Below, in pieces: positions 1 to 10,991 of a DNA stretch of 64,000 nucleotides. The notes under the pieces were generated by a model that was not told the DNA's origin, ran no database searches, and worked only from the letters and a program-made list of their open reading frames with translations. Source of the DNA: Candidatus Marinacidobacterales bacterium (lineage in GTDB: Bacteria > Acidobacteriota > Vicinamibacteria > Marinacidobacterales > SMYC01); contig CBDCYI010000004.1 of assembly GCA_965224085.1 (NCBI GenBank), positions 1,376,001 to 1,440,000 of the forward strand, read 5' to 3'. Numbering within the stretch: position 1 is the first letter of the stretch; each line of letters begins with the position of its first letter. The position numbers were made by a program, and so were the translations under genes.

Positions 1-1983
<1,983 letters not shown>

Positions 1984-2412
1984 CCAATTCTACCTCCGCA
2001 CTCTCGATCGGCTTGAGCCAGTGTTCCGATGCCCCTCAGCGAAACGTCGGGTTGGAACAAAAACCCCTTCTTCTCGCCGACGGACGGTGGGTAGGTTCTT
2101 GTTGGAGGGCAAGCTGAACAAGCTGGACGCACCTTATCTTGCCGGCCTACGATGGTTCCGAGGTCGCTTTTTCGTCCATCTCAAAGGTTCGGAAAACGGG
2201 ACCCGGAGTTTCGGTTCCTGAAAAATGACTTCTAATTTGAATATTGCAGAAACAATCGCGGTAACTAGTACCCGTCCTGACAGGTGTAAGAGGTTGAGAA
2301 AAAAGGGGTAATCGCAAATTTAGGGCTAGCCTTCTGAGGGAGTGTCGTTTAGTATCGAGTCGACAAAAACGCAGATTCTAAACGACTTAACTCCAAAGGA
2401 GACCAGCCCTAA

Positions 2413-2642
2413 ATGCGAAAAACGATCAACCCACAACCAAGCCTTCGCGAGCCCTGGCTGGAGCTGGAGCACGCACGCGAACTCGAAACGATATCATCGC
2501 TGCTCGATGCCCATCCTAAGCTCAATGAGCTGGTACTGCAAGACCTGAGGTCGGTCACCCCATCGGCAGGGAGCGATGTTGGTCGTGGGGGAATGAGCGC
2601 GGAGCAGGTTCTCCGGGCGTTGTTGGTCAAGCAGCTGAATCA
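2413..2642 (+). pseudogene. ISNCY-like transposase N-terminal fragment
   Basis: MRKTINPQPSL...GRGGMSAEQVLRALLVKQ resembles ISNCY transposase N-termini; similarity stops at ~2642. AGGAG RBS upstream. Confidence 0.65.
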
Positions 2643-3356
2643 GTCTGCTTCGCCACCAAGAATGGTAATACCGTTACCGTCCCCCCAGAGGAATTTATCC
2701 GCCGTTTCCTCCTGCACGTACTGCCGAAAGGTTTCGTCAAGATTCGCCATTTCGGCTTAATGGCCTCCTCCAATGCGACCACCAAGCTCGTAGTCGCGCG
2801 CCAGTTGCTCGATGAGAAAACAAAACCCACGACCGACGCCGACGACGTGCAAGTCAGCTCGCGTGCCACCGAGGACAAGGACTGGCGCGAGCGGCTCAAG
2901 GAGCTCACCGGCATCGACCTCACCATCTGTCCCCGCTGCAAGAAAGGTCGCATGCTCCGATGCCCTCTCTCCACGAAGCTTCGACGGATCAACCTCCAGA
3001 TCCGCTCCCCTCCAGATGAGTCATGATCACGATGCTTTCGCTCCGCCTCTCACAACGCCGACCGGTCGTTGAAACGGACTCGTGTGTCTCGTCGCGAACT
3101 CATAACGCTACCGTGGTGGTTACCGCACCGGGTAGGCCCTTCTTCTATCTTCCCCGCCATATCTCTGTCGATTCGCAACTCCCTGACGTCCAACTCCGAC
3201 TTCCTGTCCGACCGTCTTCTCACTCCAATTTATGCATAGTTGCCGCTAGCTGGGCGGCTTAGTTCAATTACGGTTTGCACGAATGCTCGCTCTACAAGCA
3301 TCGTGCCTCGCGTAACGCCGTGCTTCGCTCGATTCCTGCAAACCGCTATTAATTAC
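2643..3356 (+). mobile_element. IS91-family remnant: transposase C-terminus (2643-3026) plus oriIS-like end
   Basis: Translation EEFIRRFLLHVLPKGFVKIRHFGL...CPRCKKGRM. Downstream CAAT..CATAG..GCGGCTTAGTTCAA motif (~3226-3267) resembles IS91-family ends. Confidence 0.8.
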
Positions 3357-3396
3357 CGAGGGCGATATCGAATTCCAACAAAACCCTACGCCAGTC

Positions 3397-3684
3397 GATC
3401 TCTGCATGATGTCGCAGTGCAATCATCACATCATTGCAAACTCCACGTTCTCTTGGTGGGGGGCCTGGCTAAATCCAAGCACAAAGAAAATCGTGATCTA
3501 TCCAAAGCAATGGTTTTATACCCATAAAGGCGGACATCCAAAAAGCCGCGATCTTATCCCGGAAAGCTGGATTCCAGTGAGTAGTATTAGGAGCGAGATT
3601 GGAATGCTAGTAACGGCGCTTCGGGACTATCGCTTCCCCTATCAAATAACAAGGCATTTGGTCTGGTGTATTCTTAGGCGTTAG
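3397..3684 (+). pseudogene. Alpha-1,2-fucosyltransferase (GT11) C-terminal fragment
   Basis: [26 protein letters not shown]...P..W motif; N-terminal part missing; lower GC than the surroundings. Confidence 0.8.
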
Positions 3685-3881
3685 TTATTTTCTTAGAACT
3701 TCATAATTCTTTTGAAATGCGGGCAACCGTTTCCTTTTTGAGCGAGGAACTCATCTACGTAACTTTCACGGCGCCGCCGCGCAAACCGAGCGCCTTTTTG
3801 GTGACGTCGGACTTTGCCTTCCCTAGCCGAAACTTGACTCACATGCTCCGAATCTCGTAGTAAGCGGATCAACGATGCGAT

Positions 3882-3950
3882 GGCGTCGAGCTTCAAGGAA
3901 GCGACCCATACGAGATTCTGACCACGGTGCGCGAGGTTTTGCTCACGCTC
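3882..3950 (+). repeat. mfd 3'-end direct repeat, copy 2
   Basis: Encodes GVELQGSDPYEILTTVREVLLTL versus GVELQGSDPSEILTTIREVLLTL in mfd. Confidence 0.9.
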
Positions 3951-3960
3951 GCCCGTTGCT

Positions 3961-4592
3961 CTAACCGACCACGCCCATAGGGCGTGGGTTTAGGAAGGCC
4001 CCCCCGAGGGGGCCGATGACGTTGGGAAGGCCCCGTTGGGGCCGTCTCTCGTTAACTCAGGTCGAGATCACCTTGGCGAGACTCAAGCTTTTCTTGCTCC
4101 CGGATGTACTTTCTTATTCGCTCCTCGTCAAGGCCAACCGTACTCACACAGTACCCCTTCGCCCAAAAATGCAAGCCCGTCATACGACGTTCTTTCAGCA
4201 ATTCTCGGTGGATGCGTACCGCACTCTTCCCTTTCAGAAAACCGATCGTGTGAGATACGCTGTACTTGGGAGGGATGCTCATACACAGGTGGATGTGGTC
4301 CGGTTGCGCGTTGCCTTCTATCAGTTCTACTCCTCTCTGCTCACAAAGCTCTCGAAGAATTCGCCCCACGCGACGCCGAAGGTCCCCATATAACACCCTT
4401 CTACGATACTTGGGGATGATCACCACGTGGTACTTGCATTCCCATCGCACATGCGACAGGCTTTTCCATTCGTGCATGCAGGTTCTCCTTTCGGAGGCCC
4501 CACAGGGTCTTCCCGGAGGGGGAACCTAGCACACGCCGGATCGCTCGATGCTCTTCGGGTCACGCCGCCAGAGGCGGCGGGTTTATTAGCGG
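3961..4592 (-). mobile_element. IS200/IS605-family element (tnpA only), boundaries approximate
   Basis: tnpA flanked by subterminal hairpins CCACGCCC-ATA-GGGCGTGG (~3969-3987) and CGCCGCC-AGA-GGCGGCG (~4563-4579). Confidence 0.85.
4052..4477 (-). CDS. tnpA: IS200/IS605 Y1 transposase
   Basis: KYHVVIIPKYRR, HUH motif PDHIHL, LKGKS, FWAKGYCVSTVG, YIREQ. Confidence 0.96.
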   Translation of the reverse strand: MHEWKSLSHVRWECKYHVVIIPKYRRRVLYGDLRRRVGRILRELCEQRGVELIEGNAQPDHIHLCMSIPPKYSVSHTIGFLKGKSAVRIHRELLKERRMTGLHFWAKGYCVSTVGLDEERIRKYIREQEKLESRQGDLDLS

Positions 4593-4616
4593 ACTAAAAT
4601 GAAGTGAGCTTTCCCA

Positions 4617-5570
4617 ATGAGAACTTACACCCTTTTTGTCAGTCTTAGTGTCATCCTCAGTGTTAGCTTCGGCTGTGCTCGAGAGGTCCCCCTCAAGGAG
4701 CGGGTGGTGGTAGAAATCGCCGATGGCGCGTTCACGGTCGGTGAGTTCGAGCGTTTCGTGGAAAGCTCCGTCCAACAGGACGAGCCGTTTCTCGCGGGCG
4801 ACGTGATGGAGGCTTTGTTCGAGCAGTTCATCGAAGAGCAGTTGCTTCTCAGGGCCGCCGAGGATGCCGGCATTCGCGCCGAGCCCGACGCGATCGCGAA
4901 ACGCCTCGATGCCGTCGCCAAGGTCGAGGCGGCGAATCTGGTTGAGCAGGCTGATATCGAGACGCTCGTGAGGAACCAAATCCGGATCGAAACGCTTGTC
5001 GAAGATGCTGTTTTTGGAAGGCTCTCGGTCTCCGACGAGGAGATCTCGTCGCATTTCGAGGCGAATCGAGCTTTTTTCGAAAGACCGGAAACGGTCCACG
5101 TTTCGCAGATCCTTCTAGAGGATGAAGGGCTCGCGAAGACGGTCGCCGCAGAGCTCGGTGGCAGCGCGACCCGTTTCGAGGAGCTTGCCCAAGAGCACTC
5201 CGTCGGCCCGGAAGCGAGCCGCGGCGGCCACCTCGGGAGCTTTGCTCGCGGTGAGCTCCCCCAATCGCTGGAGACGACTATTTTCTCGTTGCGGCCGGGA
5301 AGGGTCTCGGCCGTCACCGCGACGGATTTCGGATTTCATATTTTTCTCGTTCACGAGAAAGTCGCGGGCGCGCCTCTCTCTCTCGAGGAAGCCCGAGACC
5401 CCATCCGCGTTGAGCTTTTGCGGGAGAAGAGCGACCGCGCACTTGCTCTCTATCTCGAAGCGTTGAAGAATACGTACCCCGTGACCGTCCATCGGGAGCA
5501 TTTGAGCTTCGCCTTCCTGGAATGGGAGGAAAGCAAAACGGCGGGGACGCCATTGGAGGAAAGTCCATGA
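4617..5570 (+). CDS. PpiC-type peptidyl-prolyl isomerase (SurA-N plus rotamase), probable lipoprotein
   Basis: Signal peptide ending SFGC; VHVSQIL, FEELAQEHS, GGHLG and TDFGFHIF; follows mfd. Confidence 0.9.
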   Translation: MRTYTLFVSLSVILSVSFGCAREVPLKERVVVEIADGAFTVGEFERFVESSVQQDEPFLAGDVMEALFEQFIEEQLLLRAAEDAGIRAEPDAIAKRLDAVAKVEAANLVEQADIETLVRNQIRIETLVEDAVFGRLSVSDEEISSHFEANRAFFERPETVHVSQILLEDEGLAKTVAAELGGSATRFEELAQEHSVGPEASRGGHLGSFARGELPQSLETTIFSLRPGRVSAVTATDFGFHIFLVHEKVAGAPLSLEEARDPIRVELLREKSDRALALYLEALKNTYPVTVHREHLSFAFLEWEESKTAGTPLEESP

Positions 5571-6523
5571 AGCAACATCGAATATGGGTCGTCCTAGGCG
5601 CAGCTCTTGTTCTTTCGAGCGCCGCCTTCGCCGAGACAGTCGAGCGCATCGTAGCGAAAGTGAACGGGCAGATCATCACCCTTACCGAGCTCGATAAGGA
5701 AGTCCAGTCTGCCATGGAGCAGCTCGGGCCCGCGCCGACGCCGGAAGAGAACGAAGCCCGCATCGCCGAGCTCAAAACGCAGATTCTGGATCGCATCATT
5801 GACAACATGCTCGTTTTGCAAGTCGCCGAAGACCGTGGTCTCAGGGTTCCCTCACGATTTTTCCAAGAGTGGAAGCAGAACATCATGACGGAGATGAAGA
5901 TCCAGTCGGAGGAAGAGCTCGTGCGTCAGGTCCAGCTTCAAGGCGGCTCGATCGCGGATCTGCGCAAGCGCTTCGAAGACGGGCTGCTGCTCCAGGAAGT
6001 ACGCCGGATGGAAGTGGAAAGCAAGGTTTCGGTCTCGGAGCCCGAGATCGAAGAGCGCTACCGCCTGCACATCAACGAGTACACCGATCCCGCGAAAGTG
6101 CGTCTGCGTGAGATCGTCGTGCGTTTCGACGAGACCAACGAGCTCGACCAAGGTAAAAAGGCGAGGCGGATCCGTCAGGACATCGAACAGGGCGCCGATT
6201 TTGCTGAAGTGGCGCGCATGCATTCGGAATCGGGCTCGAGGGAAGCGGGCGGCGACCTCGGGTTTTTCAACGATGGCGATCTCACGGAGTCTCTCGCGAC
6301 CGTTGCCTTCTCCCTCAACCCGGGTGAGGTCAGCGATATCATCCGTCTGGACAAGGCGTTCTACATCATCCGCGTCGAAGAGAACGTCGAAGCTGTTACG
6401 AACGAGCTCAACGATGTTCGCAACGAAGTCGCCGACGCTATTTTCCAAGAGAAGATGAGCGAACAGATGGACCGCTTCGTCAAGCAGCTTCGTGAGCGGG
6501 CCATTGTGGAAGTGAAGCTGTAA
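5567..6523 (+). CDS. surA: SurA-like periplasmic chaperone/PPIase
   Basis: ERIVAKVNGQIITLTEL N-domain; FAEVARMHS...GGDLG rotamase; ATG overlaps the upstream TGA. Confidence 0.85.
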   Translation: MKQHRIWVVLGAALVLSSAAFAETVERIVAKVNGQIITLTELDKEVQSAMEQLGPAPTPEENEARIAELKTQILDRIIDNMLVLQVAEDRGLRVPSRFFQEWKQNIMTEMKIQSEEELVRQVQLQGGSIADLRKRFEDGLLLQEVRRMEVESKVSVSEPEIEERYRLHINEYTDPAKVRLREIVVRFDETNELDQGKKARRIRQDIEQGADFAEVARMHSESGSREAGGDLGFFNDGDLTESLATVAFSLNPGEVSDIIRLDKAFYIIRVEENVEAVTNELNDVRNEVADAIFQEKMSEQMDRFVKQLRERAIVEVKL

Positions 6524-6556
6524 TTCGGGTTCGCTTCCTGCTTCCCTGCTTCCCTT

Positions 6557-6823
6557 TTGCGCGTTGACGTTTTTCTCAAGCAGTCGCGGCTCGTCAAGCG
6601 GCGGTCGCTCGCCAAAGAACTCTGTGACGATGGAGCGATCGCGCTCAATGGGCGTCCCGTGCGCGCGGGCCGGGAAGTTACGATGGGGGACTTGCTGACG
6701 CTTTCGCTCCGGCATCGTAGAATCGAAGTCGAGATCGTCGATGTGCCGAATCGGCCTCCGAGCGCCGCCGCCGCCATAGAGCTCTATCGAGTTTTGAGTG
6801 ACGAAAAAAATGATGAGCCATAA
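6557..6823 (+). CDS. RNA-binding S4-domain protein (HslR/YabO-like)
   Basis: MRVDVFLKQSRLVKRRSLAKELCDDG...LNG motif. Confidence 0.9.
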   Translation: MRVDVFLKQSRLVKRRSLAKELCDDGAIALNGRPVRAGREVTMGDLLTLSLRHRRIEVEIVDVPNRPPSAAAAIELYRVLSDEKNDEP

Positions 6824-7844
6824 GCCGCTCCGCATCACCAACAGGGCCAACAGGGGCGACAGGGGCGACAAAGTGCGCCTCGCGTCGCCGCTCATCCTTG
6901 CTCCTCTCGCCGGGCACACGGACCGTGCTTTCCGGGGACTTGTGCGCGACCTCGGCGGCTGCGGGCTCGTCGTGACGGAAATGGTCAGCTCGGAAGGATT
7001 GACCCGCGGAAGCGAGTTCTCAAAAGAGCTCGCAGCCATCACGCCCCAGGAACGCCCAGTCGGTGTACAGATCTTTGGGAGCGATCCGGCGCGCATGGGA
7101 GCTGCAGCCGCCATGGTGGAGGACATGGGAGCCGACCTCGTCGATGTCAATATGGGATGCCCAGTGCCGAAAGTAACGAAGAAGGGCTCGGGTGCGGCGC
7201 TCATGAAGGACGTGGAGCGCGCTGGCGCTATCGTGTCGCAGATGGTCAAGAGCACCTCTATTCCCGTAACCGTAAAGATCCGCTCGGGCTGGGACCAAAA
7301 CCACATCAACGCGCCCGAGCTTGCGCGCGCTCTCGAGAATGCGGGCGCCTCGGCGATTACTGTGCATCCACGCTGCCGCAGCGAGCGTCATCGCGGCCAA
7401 GCAGCTTGGTCCGTCATCCGCGACGTGAAACGCGCCGTGAAAATCCCAGTCATCGGAAACGGTGACGTCCACGGCCCCGAGAGCGCGAGAAGAATGGTCG
7501 ATGAGACGGGCGTCGACGGGCTCATGATCGGCCGCGGCGCACTCATGAACCCTTGGGTCTTCCGTCAGATCATGACCTCCGACAGCACTGACCCGTCAGC
7601 CGAGGACTACCGAATATTGTTCCAGCATTTCATCGAGCGATTGCGTGAATTCCTTCCAGAGCGTATGGTTCTCAACCGGATGAAGGGCTTCATCGGGTGG
7701 GTGACGAAGGGCTTGCACAAGGGACATGGCCTTCGGCGCGACGTTTACGCGGCGAAGAGCCTCCCCGAGCTCGTCGGGATCTTCGAGCGCTTTTTCGAGC
7801 CGATCGATGTGCAGCGCACCAAAGAGCTCAAAAATAGCGTATAG
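6810..7844 (+). CDS. dusB: tRNA-dihydrouridine synthase B (start uncertain)
   Basis: LAPLAG, TEMVS, DVNMGCP, GAALM, VTVKIRSGWD, GNGDV, MIGRGA. Confidence 0.92.
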   Translation: MMSHKPLRITNRANRGDRGDKVRLASPLILAPLAGHTDRAFRGLVRDLGGCGLVVTEMVSSEGLTRGSEFSKELAAITPQERPVGVQIFGSDPARMGAAAAMVEDMGADLVDVNMGCPVPKVTKKGSGAALMKDVERAGAIVSQMVKSTSIPVTVKIRSGWDQNHINAPELARALENAGASAITVHPRCRSERHRGQAAWSVIRDVKRAVKIPVIGNGDVHGPESARRMVDETGVDGLMIGRGALMNPWVFRQIMTSDSTDPSAEDYRILFQHFIERLREFLPERMVLNRMKGFIGWVTKGLHKGHGLRRDVYAAKSLPELVGIFERFFEPIDVQRTKELKNSV

Positions 7845-7868
7845 TTCGCCTCCGGAAAGGCTAGGTTC

Positions 7869-8732
7869 ATGAAAAAACTCGCAATGATTTCGATGTTAGT
7901 GCTTTTCGGCGCAAGCTCCGCCGTCGCGCAGCCGGACTTCGACAATGTGGAAGTCAAGGTACATCCGGTGGCCGGCAGCGTGTATTACCTCGAGGGCGCC
8001 GGCGGAAATATCGGTGTCTTCATCGGCGATGACGGGGTGTTTCTCATCGACGATCAATACGCTCCCCTGACGGAGAAGATCGTCGCAGCAATCCGAACGC
8101 TCTCCGACGAGCCCATCCGTTTTCTGATCAACACTCACATGCATCCGGACCACACGGGCGGAAACGAGAACTTCGGCAAGATGGGCACGATGATCTACGG
8201 CCATGACAACGTGCGCTCGCAAATGGCCAAGGCAGAATACACGCAGACGCCGCCGTTCATTACCTTCGGCGAGGACATGTCCTTCCACATCAATGGCGAC
8301 AAAGTCTACGTGTTCAAGACGCCCGATGCCCATACCAACGGCGATGCGTATATCCTCTTCGAAAACACCAACACCATCCATACCGGAGACGTCTATCGAA
8401 CCACGAGCTATCCTTATATCGACACGACGAACGGGGGGAGCTTTCTAGGGACGATCAAAGCCTACGATCTACTGATCGAGCTCTCCGATGCCGACACGAA
8501 GATCGTTCCCGGCCACGGCGTTATCTCGAACGTGGGCGACGTGAGGGCTTTCCGCGACATGCTTCTCGTCATCCGCGACCGCGTCAAATCGAGCATCGAC
8601 GCCGGCCAAACCTTGGAGAAGATCCAAGCGGCGGGTTTAACGAAGGAATTTGACGCGCGCTGGGACAGCGGTCGTCGCATTGGCGGGGCCAAGGCGCTCC
8701 TCGAGTCCGCTTACGAGGACATGACGCCTTAG
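7869..8732 (+). CDS. Secreted MBL-fold metallo-hydrolase (cyclase-like)
   Basis: Signal peptide; NTHMHPDHTGGN, AHTNGD, HTGD, PGHG. Confidence 0.9.
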   Translation: MKKLAMISMLVLFGASSAVAQPDFDNVEVKVHPVAGSVYYLEGAGGNIGVFIGDDGVFLIDDQYAPLTEKIVAAIRTLSDEPIRFLINTHMHPDHTGGNENFGKMGTMIYGHDNVRSQMAKAEYTQTPPFITFGEDMSFHINGDKVYVFKTPDAHTNGDAYILFENTNTIHTGDVYRTTSYPYIDTTNGGSFLGTIKAYDLLIELSDADTKIVPGHGVISNVGDVRAFRDMLLVIRDRVKSSIDAGQTLEKIQAAGLTKEFDARWDSGRRIGGAKALLESAYEDMTP

Positions 8733-8854
8733 CGGGTCCGAGCCCAACTTCCGCGAAGCGGCGTCGGTGGCCACCTGTGGTCCGCGAAAAAGGGCCCGAG
8801 ATGGGGGTCGCGATCGAACTGATACACGGCACTAACGCGGGCGAAGGGAAAGAA

Positions 8855-9136
8855 ATGCAATCCTCCGACGACAAACGAGAATACTGGAAAAGGAACTTGA
8901 CGTATGTCGGAGCTCTGCTCGCGATCTGGTTCCTCGTGTCGTTTGGCTTCGGCATTTTGCTCGTGGAGCCTCTGAATCGTGTTCGCATCGGGGGGTTCAA
9001 ACTAGGTTTTTGGTTTGCCCAGCAAGGCTCGATGTACGTGTTCGTCATTCTGATCTTTGTCTATGTGCGCTTGATGAACCGCCTCGATCGCACCTTTAAC
9101 GTCGACGAAAGGGATGAGCGCGAGGATGCTTCATGA
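8855..9136 (+). CDS. DUF4212 small membrane protein (symporter partner)
   Basis: YWKRNL...GGFKLGFWFAQQGS; overlaps the symporter start (ATGA). Confidence 0.9.
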   Translation: MQSSDDKREYWKRNLTYVGALLAIWFLVSFGFGILLVEPLNRVRIGGFKLGFWFAQQGSMYVFVILIFVYVRLMNRLDRTFNVDERDEREDAS

Positions 9137-10815
9137 ATGTCCAAGCTTGGACTTTCGTGATGGTGGCGCTGTCCTTCGCGCTTTACATTGGGGTTGCTAT
9201 CTGGTCCCGCGCGAGGTCGACCGGTGACTTCTACGTCGCTGCCGCACAGGTATCGCCGGTGGTCAACGGCATGGCCACGGCGGCAGGTTGGATGTCTGCA
9301 GCATCGTTCATTTCGATGGCGGGTCTCATCGCATTCATGGGACGTGACGGTTCCGTCTATCTAATGGGGTGGACCGGAGGCTACGTATTGCTCGCGTTGC
9401 TCTTGGCACCTTATCTGAGGAAATTCGGGAAATACACCGTGCCGGACTTCGTCGGGGATCGCTACTACTCTCAGGTAGCCCGGATCGTCGCTGTCATCTG
9501 CGCCATCTTTATTTCCTTTACATACGTCGCCGGTCAGATGCGCGGCGTGGGGATCGTCTTCTCACGCTTTCTCGGGGTCGGCATCAACACCGGAGTCGTC
9601 ATCGGCATGGGCATCGTTTTCTTCTATGCGGTGCTCGGCGGGATGAAGGGCATCACTTACACACAAGTTGCGCAATACACCGTCCTCATTTTCGCTTTCC
9701 TGGTACCCGCGATCTTCATTTCATTGCTTCTGACCGGAAACCCGATTCCCCAGCTGGGTTTCGGCGGGGTGCTCACCGATGGATCCGGAACCTACCTGCT
9801 CGACCGTCTCGATGGTCTCGGGCGGGAGCTGGGATTTGCAGCTTACACCGACGGACAGAAGGGCACGCTGGACGTTTTCTTTATCACCGCGGCGCTGATG
9901 GCAGGGACGGCGGGATTGCCGCATGTCATTGTCCGTTTTTACACCGTACCCAAAGTTTGGCAGGCGAGAAGTTCTGCCGGATGGGCGCTTCTGTTCATTG
10001 CTTTGCTCTACACGACCGCTCCAGCGGTGGCGGCCTTCGCTCGGGCGAACCTTTTGACCACCGTCAGAAACACGCCCTATCGAAAGGTGCCGAACTGGTT
10101 TACGAACTGGGAGGCCACCGGGTTGATCCAGTTCGAAGACAAGAATGGAGATGGGCTCATTCAATATACCGGCCCCGCCTCCGACATGCCGAATGAGCTG
10201 ACGATCGACCGAGACATCATTGTGCTGGCCAATCCCGAGATTGCGCGGCTTCCGAACTGGGTTACCGGACTCGTGGCCGCTGGCGGGCTGGCCGCTGCGC
10301 TTTCGACGGCTGCAGGTCTTCTCCTTGTCATCTCGACTTCGATCGCGCACGACCTCTTCAAGAAAACGATCCAGCCATCGATTACCGAAAAAAGCGAGCT
10401 GCTAATCGCTCGCGTCACTGCTGGATTCGCGGTTGTCGTTTCTGGTTACTTGGGTATCAACCCGCCTGGCTTCGTGGGCGAGGTCGTTGCCCTGGCCTTC
10501 GGGTTAGCGGCGGCGTCGTTCTTCCCTGCGATCCTTCTAGGAATCTTCACCAAGAAGATGAATAAGTACGGTGCGGTGAGCGGGATGGTCGCGGGCATCA
10601 CCTTCACCTCGCTCTACATCGCCTACTTCAAGTTCCTCCATCCCGAGCTGAACAGTGCGGAGCACTGGTGGCTTGGCGTGTCCCCCGAAGGCATCGGCAC
10701 GGTCGGCATGGGGCTGAATTTCCTCGTCGCCTGGGTGGTGGCCGCGTGTACCGAACCACCACCGCTCGAGATACAACAGTTCGTCGAGGAGATTCGCGTG
10801 CCTCGGAAGAGTTGA
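9133..10815 (+). CDS. Sodium:solute symporter (ActP-like)
   Basis: NGMATAA.WMSAASFIS, GWTGGY, GTAGLPHVIVRFYTV, GLAAALSTAAGLLL; many TM helices. Confidence 0.93.
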   Translation: MNVQAWTFVMVALSFALYIGVAIWSRARSTGDFYVAAAQVSPVVNGMATAAGWMSAASFISMAGLIAFMGRDGSVYLMGWTGGYVLLALLLAPYLRKFGKYTVPDFVGDRYYSQVARIVAVICAIFISFTYVAGQMRGVGIVFSRFLGVGINTGVVIGMGIVFFYAVLGGMKGITYTQVAQYTVLIFAFLVPAIFISLLLTGNPIPQLGFGGVLTDGSGTYLLDRLDGLGRELGFAAYTDGQKGTLDVFFITAALMAGTAGLPHVIVRFYTVPKVWQARSSAGWALLFIALLYTTAPAVAAFARANLLTTVRNTPYRKVPNWFTNWEATGLIQFEDKNGDGLIQYTGPASDMPNELTIDRDIIVLANPEIARLPNWVTGLVAAGGLAAALSTAAGLLLVISTSIAHDLFKKTIQPSITEKSELLIARVTAGFAVVVSGYLGINPPGFVGEVVALAFGLAAASFFPAILLGIFTKKMNKYGAVSGMVAGITFTSLYIAYFKFLHPELNSAEHWWLGVSPEGIGTVGMGLNFLVAWVVAACTEPPPLEIQQFVEEIRVPRKS

Positions 10816-10991
10816 CTTGGAGAGGAAGCGCTTGTCCCCTGGAACAGAGGTTCGTGGCCTAAAGCTCGAGGTCATTTTGTGGGCTGGCAAGGCGTGACGA
10901 CGAAGTCATATTGGGATATTTCGAGGAGAAACAACGCAGCCAGCGCGCAAAAGGGCCCGAGATTTAGGTTACGAATCTCTGTTCCAGGGGA

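Noticed and set aside
3961-4592. TnpB/IscB RNA-guided nuclease with the IS200 element
   Set aside because: The element holds only tnpA; there is no room for, or trace of, tnpB.
5852-7309. Long antisense ORFs (also 679-1653, 46064-47251, 47807-49078, 57116-58708)
   Set aside because: Shadow frames opposite well-supported genes in high-GC DNA, with no recognisable motifs.
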